From Rhodospirillaceae bacterium (GTDB lineage: Bacteria > Pseudomonadota > Alphaproteobacteria > Rhodospirillales > UBA2165), in contig JABIIH010000098.1 of assembly GCA_018649245.1 (NCBI GenBank), positions 1-43,646 on the forward strand: a stretch of 43,646 bases of DNA, given 5' to 3'. How positions within the stretch are numbered: the first letter of the stretch is position 1; the number at the start of each line of letters is the position of its first letter. Below the pieces are notes generated by a model that was not told the origin of the DNA, searched no databases, and saw nothing but the letters and a program-made list of their open reading frames with translations. Below, piece by piece: positions 36,451 to 43,646 of the stretch. Position numbers and translations under genes: made by a program.

Positions 36451-37182
36451 TTGTTGAACAAAATTTCGCTTTTATGCCCATCGCGTGGCCGCCCCAATGA
36501 CATGGAGCGCTTGATTAAGAGTGTTGCTGCGACGGCAACTGAGCCATCTCGTGTCGAAATTTTACTTTATGTCGACGATGATGACCCAGAAAAAATAAAT
36601 TACCTGGTCAGCCATAAAAATCTGTCAGTTGATCCCGCGGTAGGGCAACTTTTAAATGTTGATCTGCTCGTCGATGAACCGCTGACAACGCCTCTCATCA
36701 ATAATATTTTAGCCGACCGCGCCCAGGGTGATATTTTAATAATCACCAATGATGACCAAATATTTGTCGATAAAAATTGGGATGTCAGGATAGACCAGGA
36801 AGCCTCTAAGTATCCGGACGATATCTATTGTATGTGGTTCAATGATGGTCGCTATCAGGAAAAAATATGCACTTTTCCAATTCTCAGCCGCAAATGGGTT
36901 GATACTCTCGGCTATATTGAGCCATTTTTATTTGAGCATTTTAATTGTGATTTATGGACTTGGCAGATCGGCCAGATGATCGACCGACTCCATTACATCC
37001 CGGATATCCTGGTCGAACATCTCCACCCCGATACCGGTAAAGCGGAAGCTGATGAAACGACAGAGCGCAATCTAAAAGGCGGCAGACCTGATCGTGACCG
37101 GGCAATATTTGCCAAATTTGAGCGTTATCGTGTACTCGATGCCTCATTGCTTAAAGACGTTATCGAGGCAGCAAAGAAATAG
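36451..37182 (+). CDS. Hypothetical protein, possibly a GT-A-fold glycosyltransferase
   Basis: ISLLCPSRGRPNDMERLIKSV...VEILLYVDDDDP and IITNDDQIF resemble the GT2 N-terminal strand and a DxD region. The start is a TTG. It is divergent from the glycosyltransferase operon. Confidence 0.4.
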   Translation: MLNKISLLCPSRGRPNDMERLIKSVAATATEPSRVEILLYVDDDDPEKINYLVSHKNLSVDPAVGQLLNVDLLVDEPLTTPLINNILADRAQGDILIITNDDQIFVDKNWDVRIDQEASKYPDDIYCMWFNDGRYQEKICTFPILSRKWVDTLGYIEPFLFEHFNCDLWTWQIGQMIDRLHYIPDILVEHLHPDTGKAEADETTERNLKGGRPDRDRAIFAKFERYRVLDASLLKDVIEAAKK

Positions 37183-37187
37183 CCGAC

Positions 37188-38291
37188 CTAAGTGCTGGTT
37201 TCGGTATGGTAGATAAAAATACGGTTTTGGCGAACCAAAGCGCGTACTTCTGATTCCGGGTTTTCAGGAAAATAGCCTCGTTGCCGGCAATGAAAATCCG
37301 GCACGTCTTCACCAGCACCTTTAACCCGGAATCGCACAAAGGTATTTTGGCCTAAAGAACGCGCGCTGATAATTTCTACTGGAACCCCATCTTCAAATTT
37401 TAAATTGCCCCGATTTCTTTTATCGTCTGGGGTGTCATCATTCTCGGTTTCTAAAATAATTGCAGCTGGCCGAATAATCGCTTCAACATTGCAGCCATCC
37501 TCGCAATCCGGCACTTTAATTGCGCCCAAGGGAGACTCTAATTTGCCACCCGATGCGACTCCGTTCACCGAATTTGCCTGACCAAAAAATTTGGCTACAT
37601 AGGCGTCGGCAGGTTCAGTATAAATCTCGTTCGGCAAACCCTGCTGGAGGATTTTGCCATCCGGCCCCATTACCATCATCTGATCTGCCATAAATAATGC
37701 TTCTTCAGGATTATGGGTGACCATTAAAGTTGCGACGCCGGAGGATTTTAGAATCCCTAAAGTCTCTTCTCTGATCTGAATACGCATGTTTTGATCGAGA
37801 CCGGAAAACGGTTCGTCCAATAACACGACGGCAGGTTTTGGCGCCAGTGCGCGGGCCAAAGCAACCCGCTGTTGTTGGCCACCCGATAAAGTATGCGGAA
37901 ACGCCTCCCCTTGACCCAACATGTTTACCCGCTCCAAGACCTGATCAATGCGTTGATTTGCCTCCTCGGTTGCAAGCTCGGTGAGGCCGAAAGCGACATT
38001 GTCTCTAACGTTCAAATGAGGGAACAAAGCAAAATCTTGAAACATAAGGCCCACGCCGCGTTTCTCAGCGGGAACATGAGTATTCGCTTCAGCCACGATC
38101 TTGTCGCTGATCCGCACTGATCCTTGCTGCAATTTTTCGAGACCGGCGGCGATACGTAGGAGTGTTGTTTTGCCGCAGCCGGAGGGACCCAGCAAACACA
38201 GGATTTGACCTGATGGTATTTCCGCGCTGACGTTTTTGATCACCTCGTTGGTACCAAATCTATGTGAGATATTTGAAAGGTATAATCCCAT
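37188..38291 (-). CDS. fbpC: Fe(3+) ABC transporter ATP-binding protein
   Basis: Contains GPSGCGKTT, LSGGQQQRVALARAL and VLLDEPFSGLD, plus a C-terminal TOBE-like extension. It sits in an operon with a two-module permease and an FbpA-like SBP. Confidence 0.75.
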   Translation of the reverse strand: MGLYLSNISHRFGTNEVIKNVSAEIPSGQILCLLGPSGCGKTTLLRIAAGLEKLQQGSVRISDKIVAEANTHVPAEKRGVGLMFQDFALFPHLNVRDNVAFGLTELATEEANQRIDQVLERVNMLGQGEAFPHTLSGGQQQRVALARALAPKPAVVLLDEPFSGLDQNMRIQIREETLGILKSSGVATLMVTHNPEEALFMADQMMVMGPDGKILQQGLPNEIYTEPADAYVAKFFGQANSVNGVASGGKLESPLGAIKVPDCEDGCNVEAIIRPAAIILETENDDTPDDKRNRGNLKFEDGVPVEIISARSLGQNTFVRFRVKGAGEDVPDFHCRQRGYFPENPESEVRALVRQNRIFIYHTETST

Positions 38292-40003
38292 CAGCCCTGA
38301 TCCTCACTGCTACGGCCAGAGAAAAATCTGGAATGGGTGATCGCTAAACTTAGTAAAATAACAGGTAATATACCGGTCGCGACAATGGCCAGTGCTGGCG
38401 GAGATGCCTGGCCAAATTGCTCAGCCGCAGCAAATTGATGGACCTGCGTTGCCAAGGTTTCAAAATTAAACGGCCGCATGATAACGGTCATTGGCAATTC
38501 CTTCATACCGTCAACAAATACCAGGAGGGCTGCGGTTAACATGCTGCCTCTGATTATGGGTAAATGAACTTTCATCAAAATATTACTGGAACTGGCGCCC
38601 AAGGTGCGGGCAACACCATCAATGTTGAGAGTGATCCGGCCCAGCGACTGTTCAATCGCGCCAACCGCCAAGGCTAAAAATCTGACGACATAACCAAACA
38701 CCAAAGCGAAGATCGTGCCACTAAGAATAAGGCCTGTTGAAACGCCAAACTCTTGACGCGCCACAGCATCAATCGAGTTATCCAGCCAGGCCAATGGAAT
38801 GATCACGCCGATTGCCAGGACGGCGCCTGGAATAGCGTAACCCAAACTGGCAAAACGGGTCACACCGGTGAGAAAATTGCCGCCTCTAAGGCGTAAACCA
38901 TATGCCAGCAACACGCCGACGGCTAAAGCAAACACCGCGGCGAGCCCCGACAGCATCAAACTGTTACCAGCGCTGGCCAAAAAATTACCGCCAATCGCTT
39001 CCCCAAAATGGCCCAATGCGCCATTGATCAACAACCCAACCGGTAATAAAAACCCAAAAAACAATGGCAGCAGGCAAGCTAAAAAAGCGCCAGCGCCCAA
39101 CCAGCCCTGCACGTCGCGCCGCGGCAAATTTTTATGCCGGGAGGTGGTATGATGAAAGCGCTGTTTACGTCTGGCAAAGCGCTCAGCGCCAATCAGAAAC
39201 ATCACAAAAAACAGCATCAGCACGGCAATCTGGGCCGCACCGCCGACATTATTCATATTCATCCAGACATCAAAGACGCCGAGCGTCAACGTACCGACAG
39301 CAAAGAAATCCACTGTGCCGAAATCGTTAAGCGTCTCCATCATGACCAATGACAAGCCGATAACGATGGCCGGACGGGCAAGCGGCAGCGCGACATTAAA
39401 AAAACTCCGCCAGGGTCCCCGCCCGAGGGTCCGGCTGACTTCCAAGACACCATGTGATTGTTCGAGAAAAGCGGCGCGCGCCAGCATATAGACATAAGGA
39501 TATAGCACGAGAGTCATCATCAAAATCGCGCCACCCAAGGAACGAATTTCCGGGAACCAGTAGTCACGCGGTGTCACCCAACCAAAAAATTCTCTTAAAG
39601 CACCTTGGACCGGACCGGCAAATTCTAGGATGTCCGTGTATAAAAAAGCGATCACATAAGCTGGGATGGCGAGCGGCAGCAATAACGCCCACTCAAAAAT
39701 CCGGCGGCCTGGAATATTGCACGTTGTAACTATCCAGGCTGTGCCGACACCAATAATGAGGGTGCCAATACCAACACCGATCATTAGTCCCAAAGTGGTG
39801 CGAATATATCGAGGTAAAACCGTCGAGGCCAAATGCTGCCAAATACTTTCTTCCGGCGAGATCGCCAAACCAATCACGGTAAGAATCGGAATTGCCACGA
39901 GTGCCGCAATGACAAAAGACGCGATGGTCCAGCCATCGGTCAAGGATCGCAACCCGTTCCGGGTCGACTGTCCAAGATGTGCTGTGGCCTGACTAACGTT
40001 CAT
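38291..40003 (-). CDS. fbpB: Iron(III) ABC transporter permease (duplicated two-module permease)
   Basis: A 570-aa polytopic protein with two permease modules, typical of FbpB/AfuB. Its stop overlaps the ATPase start by 1 nt. Confidence 0.75.
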   Translation of the reverse strand: MNVSQATAHLGQSTRNGLRSLTDGWTIASFVIAALVAIPILTVIGLAISPEESIWQHLASTVLPRYIRTTLGLMIGVGIGTLIIGVGTAWIVTTCNIPGRRIFEWALLLPLAIPAYVIAFLYTDILEFAGPVQGALREFFGWVTPRDYWFPEIRSLGGAILMMTLVLYPYVYMLARAAFLEQSHGVLEVSRTLGRGPWRSFFNVALPLARPAIVIGLSLVMMETLNDFGTVDFFAVGTLTLGVFDVWMNMNNVGGAAQIAVLMLFFVMFLIGAERFARRKQRFHHTTSRHKNLPRRDVQGWLGAGAFLACLLPLFFGFLLPVGLLINGALGHFGEAIGGNFLASAGNSLMLSGLAAVFALAVGVLLAYGLRLRGGNFLTGVTRFASLGYAIPGAVLAIGVIIPLAWLDNSIDAVARQEFGVSTGLILSGTIFALVFGYVVRFLALAVGAIEQSLGRITLNIDGVARTLGASSSNILMKVHLPIIRGSMLTAALLVFVDGMKELPMTVIMRPFNFETLATQVHQFAAAEQFGQASPPALAIVATGILPVILLSLAITHSRFFSGRSSEDQG

Positions 40004-40088
40004 ATTATTTACTGACTTATTTAAAATAGAAAGGAGCCGCTCTAGGTTATTACCAAAAGCGGCCCCTAAATTTTAGGTCGGCGGAACT

Positions 40089-41147
40089 TTACCCATCGAA
40101 ATCGACGCGGTCCATAATTTTCGCTGCCGTCGATCTATATTTAGCAATTTTATTTAAGTTTATTTTATCAGCCTTAAACTTACCCCAGGACGCTACCAGC
40201 GGATGCCAGGCGACACCGGCTTTAACCGGATATTCGAAGTTTTGATCGGCATACATTTTCTGAGCAAAATTTTCGCTCAGGAATTCCAGTAACTTAATTG
40301 CATTGGCTTTGTTTTTAGCGTGTTCGGTGATGGCTGCACCACTGATGTTGACGTGAGTGCCACGATCACTTTGACCAGGAAACAGCACGTTGACAGCAGC
40401 CGCCCAGGTTTTTTGTACCGGCTTTTTCTCATTTGTCGCCATGGCGCCCATGTAATAGGTATTGCCGAGCGAAACATCGCAAATGCCTTCTTTGATGGCT
40501 TTAACTTGGGCGCGGTCATTGCCTTGCGGCCGGCGGGCAAGATTGGCCTTCACGGCCCGGGCCCATTCGGTTGCGGCTTGTTCTCCTTTGGCGGCCACGA
40601 TAGACGCCAATAAGGAAAGATTATAGGAATGCTTGCCGGAACGGGTGCAAATGCGGCCTTTCATATGGGGTTTTGCGAGATCATCATAGGATGCTACTTC
40701 GCCAGGTTTCACGCGGGTTTTATGAGCGTAAACCACACGGGCGCGCGTTGTTAGACCGAACCACAGGCCATCTGGATGACGATATTGAGCCGGCACATTT
40801 TTTTCGAGCACTGAAGACTTAATCGGCTGCAACAACTCGGCGTTGGCCAGAGCATTTAGGCGGCTGATATCCACTGTCAGTACAGCATCGGCTGGCGTAT
40901 TTCGGCCCTCTGCTTTAAGGCGTTGCAACATGCCCTTCTTGGCATAAACAACATTGACTTTAATACCGCTCTGTTTGGTAAATACGTCGAGAAACGGTTT
41001 AATTAAAAATGGCTGGCGGTATGAATAGAGATTTACTTCTTCTGCAGCCTGAACAGCAGAACTCGCCAATACGGCTGATGAGACAACGGCACCAATCGCC
41101 ACCGCGGCAATAAGGCCATTTTTTTTTACTTTAGTTACTCTGGTCAT
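40089..41147 (-). CDS. fbpA: Fe(3+) ABC transporter substrate-binding protein
   Basis: A signal peptide (AVAIGAVVSSAVLASSAVQA) is followed by EEVNLYSYRQPFLIKPFLDVFTKQSGIKVNVVYA. This is the N-terminal pattern I recall from FbpA/AfuA-type ferric-binding proteins. Confidence 0.75.
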   Translation of the reverse strand: MTRVTKVKKNGLIAAVAIGAVVSSAVLASSAVQAAEEVNLYSYRQPFLIKPFLDVFTKQSGIKVNVVYAKKGMLQRLKAEGRNTPADAVLTVDISRLNALANAELLQPIKSSVLEKNVPAQYRHPDGLWFGLTTRARVVYAHKTRVKPGEVASYDDLAKPHMKGRICTRSGKHSYNLSLLASIVAAKGEQAATEWARAVKANLARRPQGNDRAQVKAIKEGICDVSLGNTYYMGAMATNEKKPVQKTWAAAVNVLFPGQSDRGTHVNISGAAITEHAKNKANAIKLLEFLSENFAQKMYADQNFEYPVKAGVAWHPLVASWGKFKADKINLNKIAKYRSTAAKIMDRVDFDG

Positions 41148-41266
41148 CGAATTTACATACCTTCAAATTGTTAAAACTATCCCGAAGACAGCTTCTATTC
41201 TGGTTCAATCTCTCATCTGATATTGCGAATGCGAATTATTCGTAACACCAGGTTAAACAAAATGAC

Positions 41267-41289
41267 TTGCAATTGCAAATCATTATCAG
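41267..41289 (-). promoter_or_regulatory. Candidate Fur/Mur-type box upstream of the fbpABC operon
   Basis: The minus strand reads CTGATAATGATTTGCAATTGCAA. The GATAATGAT half matches 9/9, and the whole matches about 13/19 positions of the GATAATGATAATCATTATC consensus. It includes the perfect 12-bp palindrome TTGCAATTGCAA and lies 120-142 nt upstream of the start codon. Confidence 0.4.
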
Positions 41290-41386
41290 AACTTTTTTAT
41301 GGTTATTAATAAGGGGATTTATAACAGGATTTTCTAGGCTTTCCTTGATTTAAATCAATTTTTTGCAAATGAGACGCAAAATTAAT

Positions 41387-41515
41387 TTACGGAATTAACC
41401 AATAGTAATCACCTGTATATCCAGCTTCATTAAACAGTTTCTGCCAATCCGCGACATGCATATAGGTGTAAGCCGTCAACATCCAACGAAGCAGCCGATT
41501 TTTAACCAAATGAAT
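41387..41515 (-). pseudogene. Possible remnant of the C-terminus of a class I SAM-dependent methyltransferase
   Basis: A minus-strand 42-codon open stretch translates to IHLVKNRLLRWMLTAYTYMHVADWQKLFNEAGYTGDYYWLIP*. The W..LF.EAGY..DYYW ending resembles methyltransferase C-termini. An in-frame stop lies immediately upstream and no N-terminal part is present. Confidence 0.3.
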
Positions 41516-41581
41516 TTAAAACCAAGGTACGTTTTATTGGAATAAAAACCGCCTTCACCAGCTCAACGTGGAGGAAAAAAA

Positions 41582-41644
41582 ATGAAAAGCTGGATACATA
41601 AAGAGTACAAGCAGCAAAACGGAGGAAATAATTATTATCAGTAA
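41582..41644 (+). CDS. Candidate 20-aa small ORF (MKSWIHKEYKQQNGGNNYYQ)
   Basis: A perfect GGAGG at 41570-41574 sits 7 nt upstream of the ATG at 41582. The stop is TAA at 41642-41644. There is no other support. Confidence 0.2.
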   Translation: MKSWIHKEYKQQNGGNNYYQ

Positions 41645-41800
41645 AACATTTATTTTTGAATTCTATTCGGGGCCGTTTTCTACTGGCTCATAAATTTTGA
41701 TATATTTTAATCTTAATCAGTGATTATTAATCAATTGAATCATATTTTAGAAATATTATTCTAAATTGAATATTTTCAATTATCCCGGCAAATCGTTCTG

Positions 41801-42406
41801 ATGAGAAATAGATTGTTGTTATCTAAAACAAACGAGTCCAAATATCCCACCAAAGGTGAAATTCTAGGGCAGCTTTCTCATGCAGTAGAGAATGCCGAAT
41901 TTGTCGATCAACTTTTGTTCAGCGTCGCCGACTGGCAGAAAAATAGATCCAACCTATTGGACAAAATCAAAAATACTTTTAGTTCGGACATGGTCGTTGT
42001 GCGCTCCAGCGCGGTTAATGAAGACCATTGGGCAACTTCTTCCGCCGGCAAGTACCTGAGCGTTATCGGTATTAAGCCCAATTCAACCGAGATAGAAACC
42101 GCCGTTAATGAAGTTATAGAATCTTATCAAGCCGATGACGGCGACAATCAAATCCTAGTTCAACCTCAGCTTCGAAATGTCGCCTTATCGGGTGTCTTGA
42201 TGAGCCGAGACTTAAATACCGGCGCCCCATATTGGATAATTAATTATGACGATTTGACCGGGCGCACGGATACCGTTACATCGGGAATAGAAAATAAAGC
42301 CATTCGAATTTTGAGGGGCAACACGGAATATTTACACTCGGCCATTAAGGGTTCTCCTTTTTATTATCGAGACATATTAGCCGAAAGAAGAATTATAGGC
42401 GACTGA
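41801..42406 (+). pseudogene. Truncated PEP/pyruvate-binding (PPDK_N, PEP-synthase-like) domain gene
   Basis: VVVRSSAVNEDHWATSSAGKYLSV and ILVQPQLRNVALSGVLMSRDLNTGAPYW match the N-terminal ATP-grasp part of PEP-utilising enzymes. The ORF ends at 201 aa, whereas relatives run to several hundred aa. It has no convincing SD. The next gene's 3' end is 33 nt away. Confidence 0.5.
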
Positions 42407-42439
42407 GTCTTAACTAAAAGTGACTCGGACCATCATTTT

Positions 42440-43123
42440 TCAGAGTCCGAGAATGGCCGGTAACTCATCTAATGATTTGATTTCATTGGCGGGCTTGCCG
42501 GGCAGTCTTTCGGTCGCCTGGCCAAAGCGGTTCACCCAATTGACTTTAAAGCCAACATTTGCCGCACCGGCAACGTCCCAGGCATTAGATGACATGAAGC
42601 AGATTCGCTCAGCTGGCAAAGAAAGCTCATCGACAGCCAATTGATAGACCGACGGATGCGGCTTATAGATTTTAATCGTATCGACCGAAATCACGGCGTC
42701 AAAAAGCTCGCTCAACCCGGCACTTTCGACAGCGGAATTGAGCATTGTCATATTACCGTTGGAGAGAATGGCGGTTCGAACGTTATTCGAGCGCAGGGTT
42801 TCAAGCATGGCCGGCACTTCCGGATAGGCATCTAACGTGGCATAAAGATTTATCAGTTTCCCCTTTAGTGCTTTGTCATCGATACCAAGAGTATCCATCG
42901 CGAAATCCAAAGCATCGTCAGTGACCTGCCAAAAATCCTTATATTCTTCCATCAGGCTGCGCAGCCAAGTGTAATTGAGCTGTTTCATACGCCAGATATC
43001 CGACAATGGCTCCCACTTGTCACCAAGCTCGTCTTTACATTGCGCGGCGGCTGAAGCGACATCAAACAGCGTGCCATAAGCATCGAATACACAAGCGCCA
43101 ATATTTTCCAGTTTTTCTGCCAT
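42440..43123 (-). CDS. Haloacid dehalogenase type II (HAD superfamily)
   Basis: The nucleophile motif CVFDAYGTLFDV is present, with downstream ILSNG, KPHPSVY and SSNAWDVAGA. Confidence 0.85.
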   Translation of the reverse strand: MAEKLENIGACVFDAYGTLFDVASAAAQCKDELGDKWEPLSDIWRMKQLNYTWLRSLMEEYKDFWQVTDDALDFAMDTLGIDDKALKGKLINLYATLDAYPEVPAMLETLRSNNVRTAILSNGNMTMLNSAVESAGLSELFDAVISVDTIKIYKPHPSVYQLAVDELSLPAERICFMSSNAWDVAGAANVGFKVNWVNRFGQATERLPGKPANEIKSLDELPAILGL

Positions 43124-43135
43124 CGTTCAGTTGCC

Positions 43136-43646
43136 CTATTTTTCAATTGGGTCAAATAAGCTCATAATCTCGCCGATGTCTTTATCACCCAGCCCCATGG
43201 AGGAGAGTTTTCTGAAAGCCTCCGAAGCCAGGGTCGCCATCGGCAAGGGGGCAATGTTTTCTTTGGCGACATCCCGCGCTGTATCCAAATCTTTCAGCAT
43301 GGTATTGCCGGCCCCGATCATCGGCTCGGTGTTGCGGGCGGCAAAGCGCGGCGCCATGATCTGAAACGGCTGCGAATCGGCCCAGCCGCCTTTCAGCGCT
43401 TCGGCCAATTTGGTCGCATCAACGACACCGGATTTTTCGGCAAAGCTAATGGCTTCGGCCAGGGTGGCGATTCCACTGGCGACAATAATCTGGTTGCAGA
43501 GCTTGGCCACCTGCCCGGCTCCACTTTCGCCCATATGAGTAAAGCGCTGAGAAAATGCCGCGACGATGGGCCGCACGCGTTCAACATCAGCGGCTTCGCC
43601 ACCAGCCATAATGGCGAGTGTACCTTCGGTGGCACCTTTGGAACCA
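43136..43646 (-). CDS. 3-hydroxyisobutyrate dehydrogenase / 2-hydroxy-3-oxopropionate reductase family protein, C-terminal part; the 5' end lies outside the window
   Basis: The frame is open to the window edge (GSKGATEGTLAIMAGGEA...). GAGQVAKLCNQ and the C-terminal helical domain pattern are typical of the family. Confidence 0.8.
   Translation of the reverse strand, partial: GSKGATEGTLAIMAGGEAADVERVRPIVAAFSQRFTHMGESGAGQVAKLCNQIIVASGIATLAEAISFAEKSGVVDATKLAEALKGGWADSQPFQIMAPRFAARNTEPMIGAGNTMLKDLDTARDVAKENIAPLPMATLASEAFRKLSSMGLGDKDIGEIMSLFDPIEK

Noticed and set aside
40034-40077. Stem-loops between fbpA and fbpB (GCCGCT...AGCGGC with a 16-nt loop, and CCTAA-ATT-TTAGG), considered as an intercistronic terminator or stabiliser.
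   Set aside because: The stems are short (5-6 bp), one loop is large and the U-tract is weak. This is plausible for SBP mRNA stabilisation but not convincing.
42420-42644. The plus-strand ORF after the truncated PPDK_N gene, considered as a frameshifted continuation.
   Set aside because: Its translation has no PEP-utilising-enzyme motifs, and it lies antisense within the well-supported haloacid dehalogenase gene.

Overview
This is a gene-dense window of about 43.6 kb, roughly 90% coding, and it looks chromosomal. The source is a moderate-GC Gram-negative bacterium. Gene content suggests a proteobacterium, possibly a marine alphaproteobacterium, but that is a guess. All calls come from reading the supplied translations and the DNA by eye; no searches were run. 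I saw no rRNA, tRNA, CRISPR array, transposase or integrase.

Content from left to right:
- A caspase-like (C14) gene cut by the window edge.
- A long minus-strand run: DUF3179 protein, hypothetical protein, hotdog thioesterase, two tandem arylsulfotransferase-like paralogs, and two tandem single-domain cNMP-binding paralogs.
- An envelope-stress-like module: DegP/Q protease, OmpR-family regulator, histidine kinase and an MBL-fold hydrolase. It sits opposite a divergent membrane-anchored pseudo-receiver protein.
- Housekeeping genes: an M20 amidohydrolase, nadA, nadC and fhs.
- A methyltransferase followed by an OYE/4Fe-4S flavoenzyme whose C-terminus is an FN3 domain, then a YbaN-like protein.
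- The most unusual locus (20.7-37.2 kb), described below.
- An FbpABC-type iron importer with a Fur-like box.
- An AT-rich decayed patch holding a truncated PEP-utilising-enzyme gene and a methyltransferase remnant.
- A type II haloacid dehalogenase and a partial 3-hydroxyisobutyrate-dehydrogenase-family gene.

The 20.7-37.2 kb locus has two parts:
- A translationally coupled five-gene glycosyltransferase operon that includes a histidine phosphatase, plus a divergent GT-A-like gene.
- A six-gene coupled operon directly downstream. It opens with a 1193-aa ABC-exporter-like protein whose ATPase domain has degenerate catalytic motifs and an internal triplication. That protein is fused to a cNMP-binding domain and to a degenerate GGDEF domain that keeps an RxxD I-site. 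A small membrane protein and a complete YejABEF-like importer follow.

I propose this as a candidate second-messenger-gated glycan or oligosaccharide transport system that I cannot match to a characterised family.
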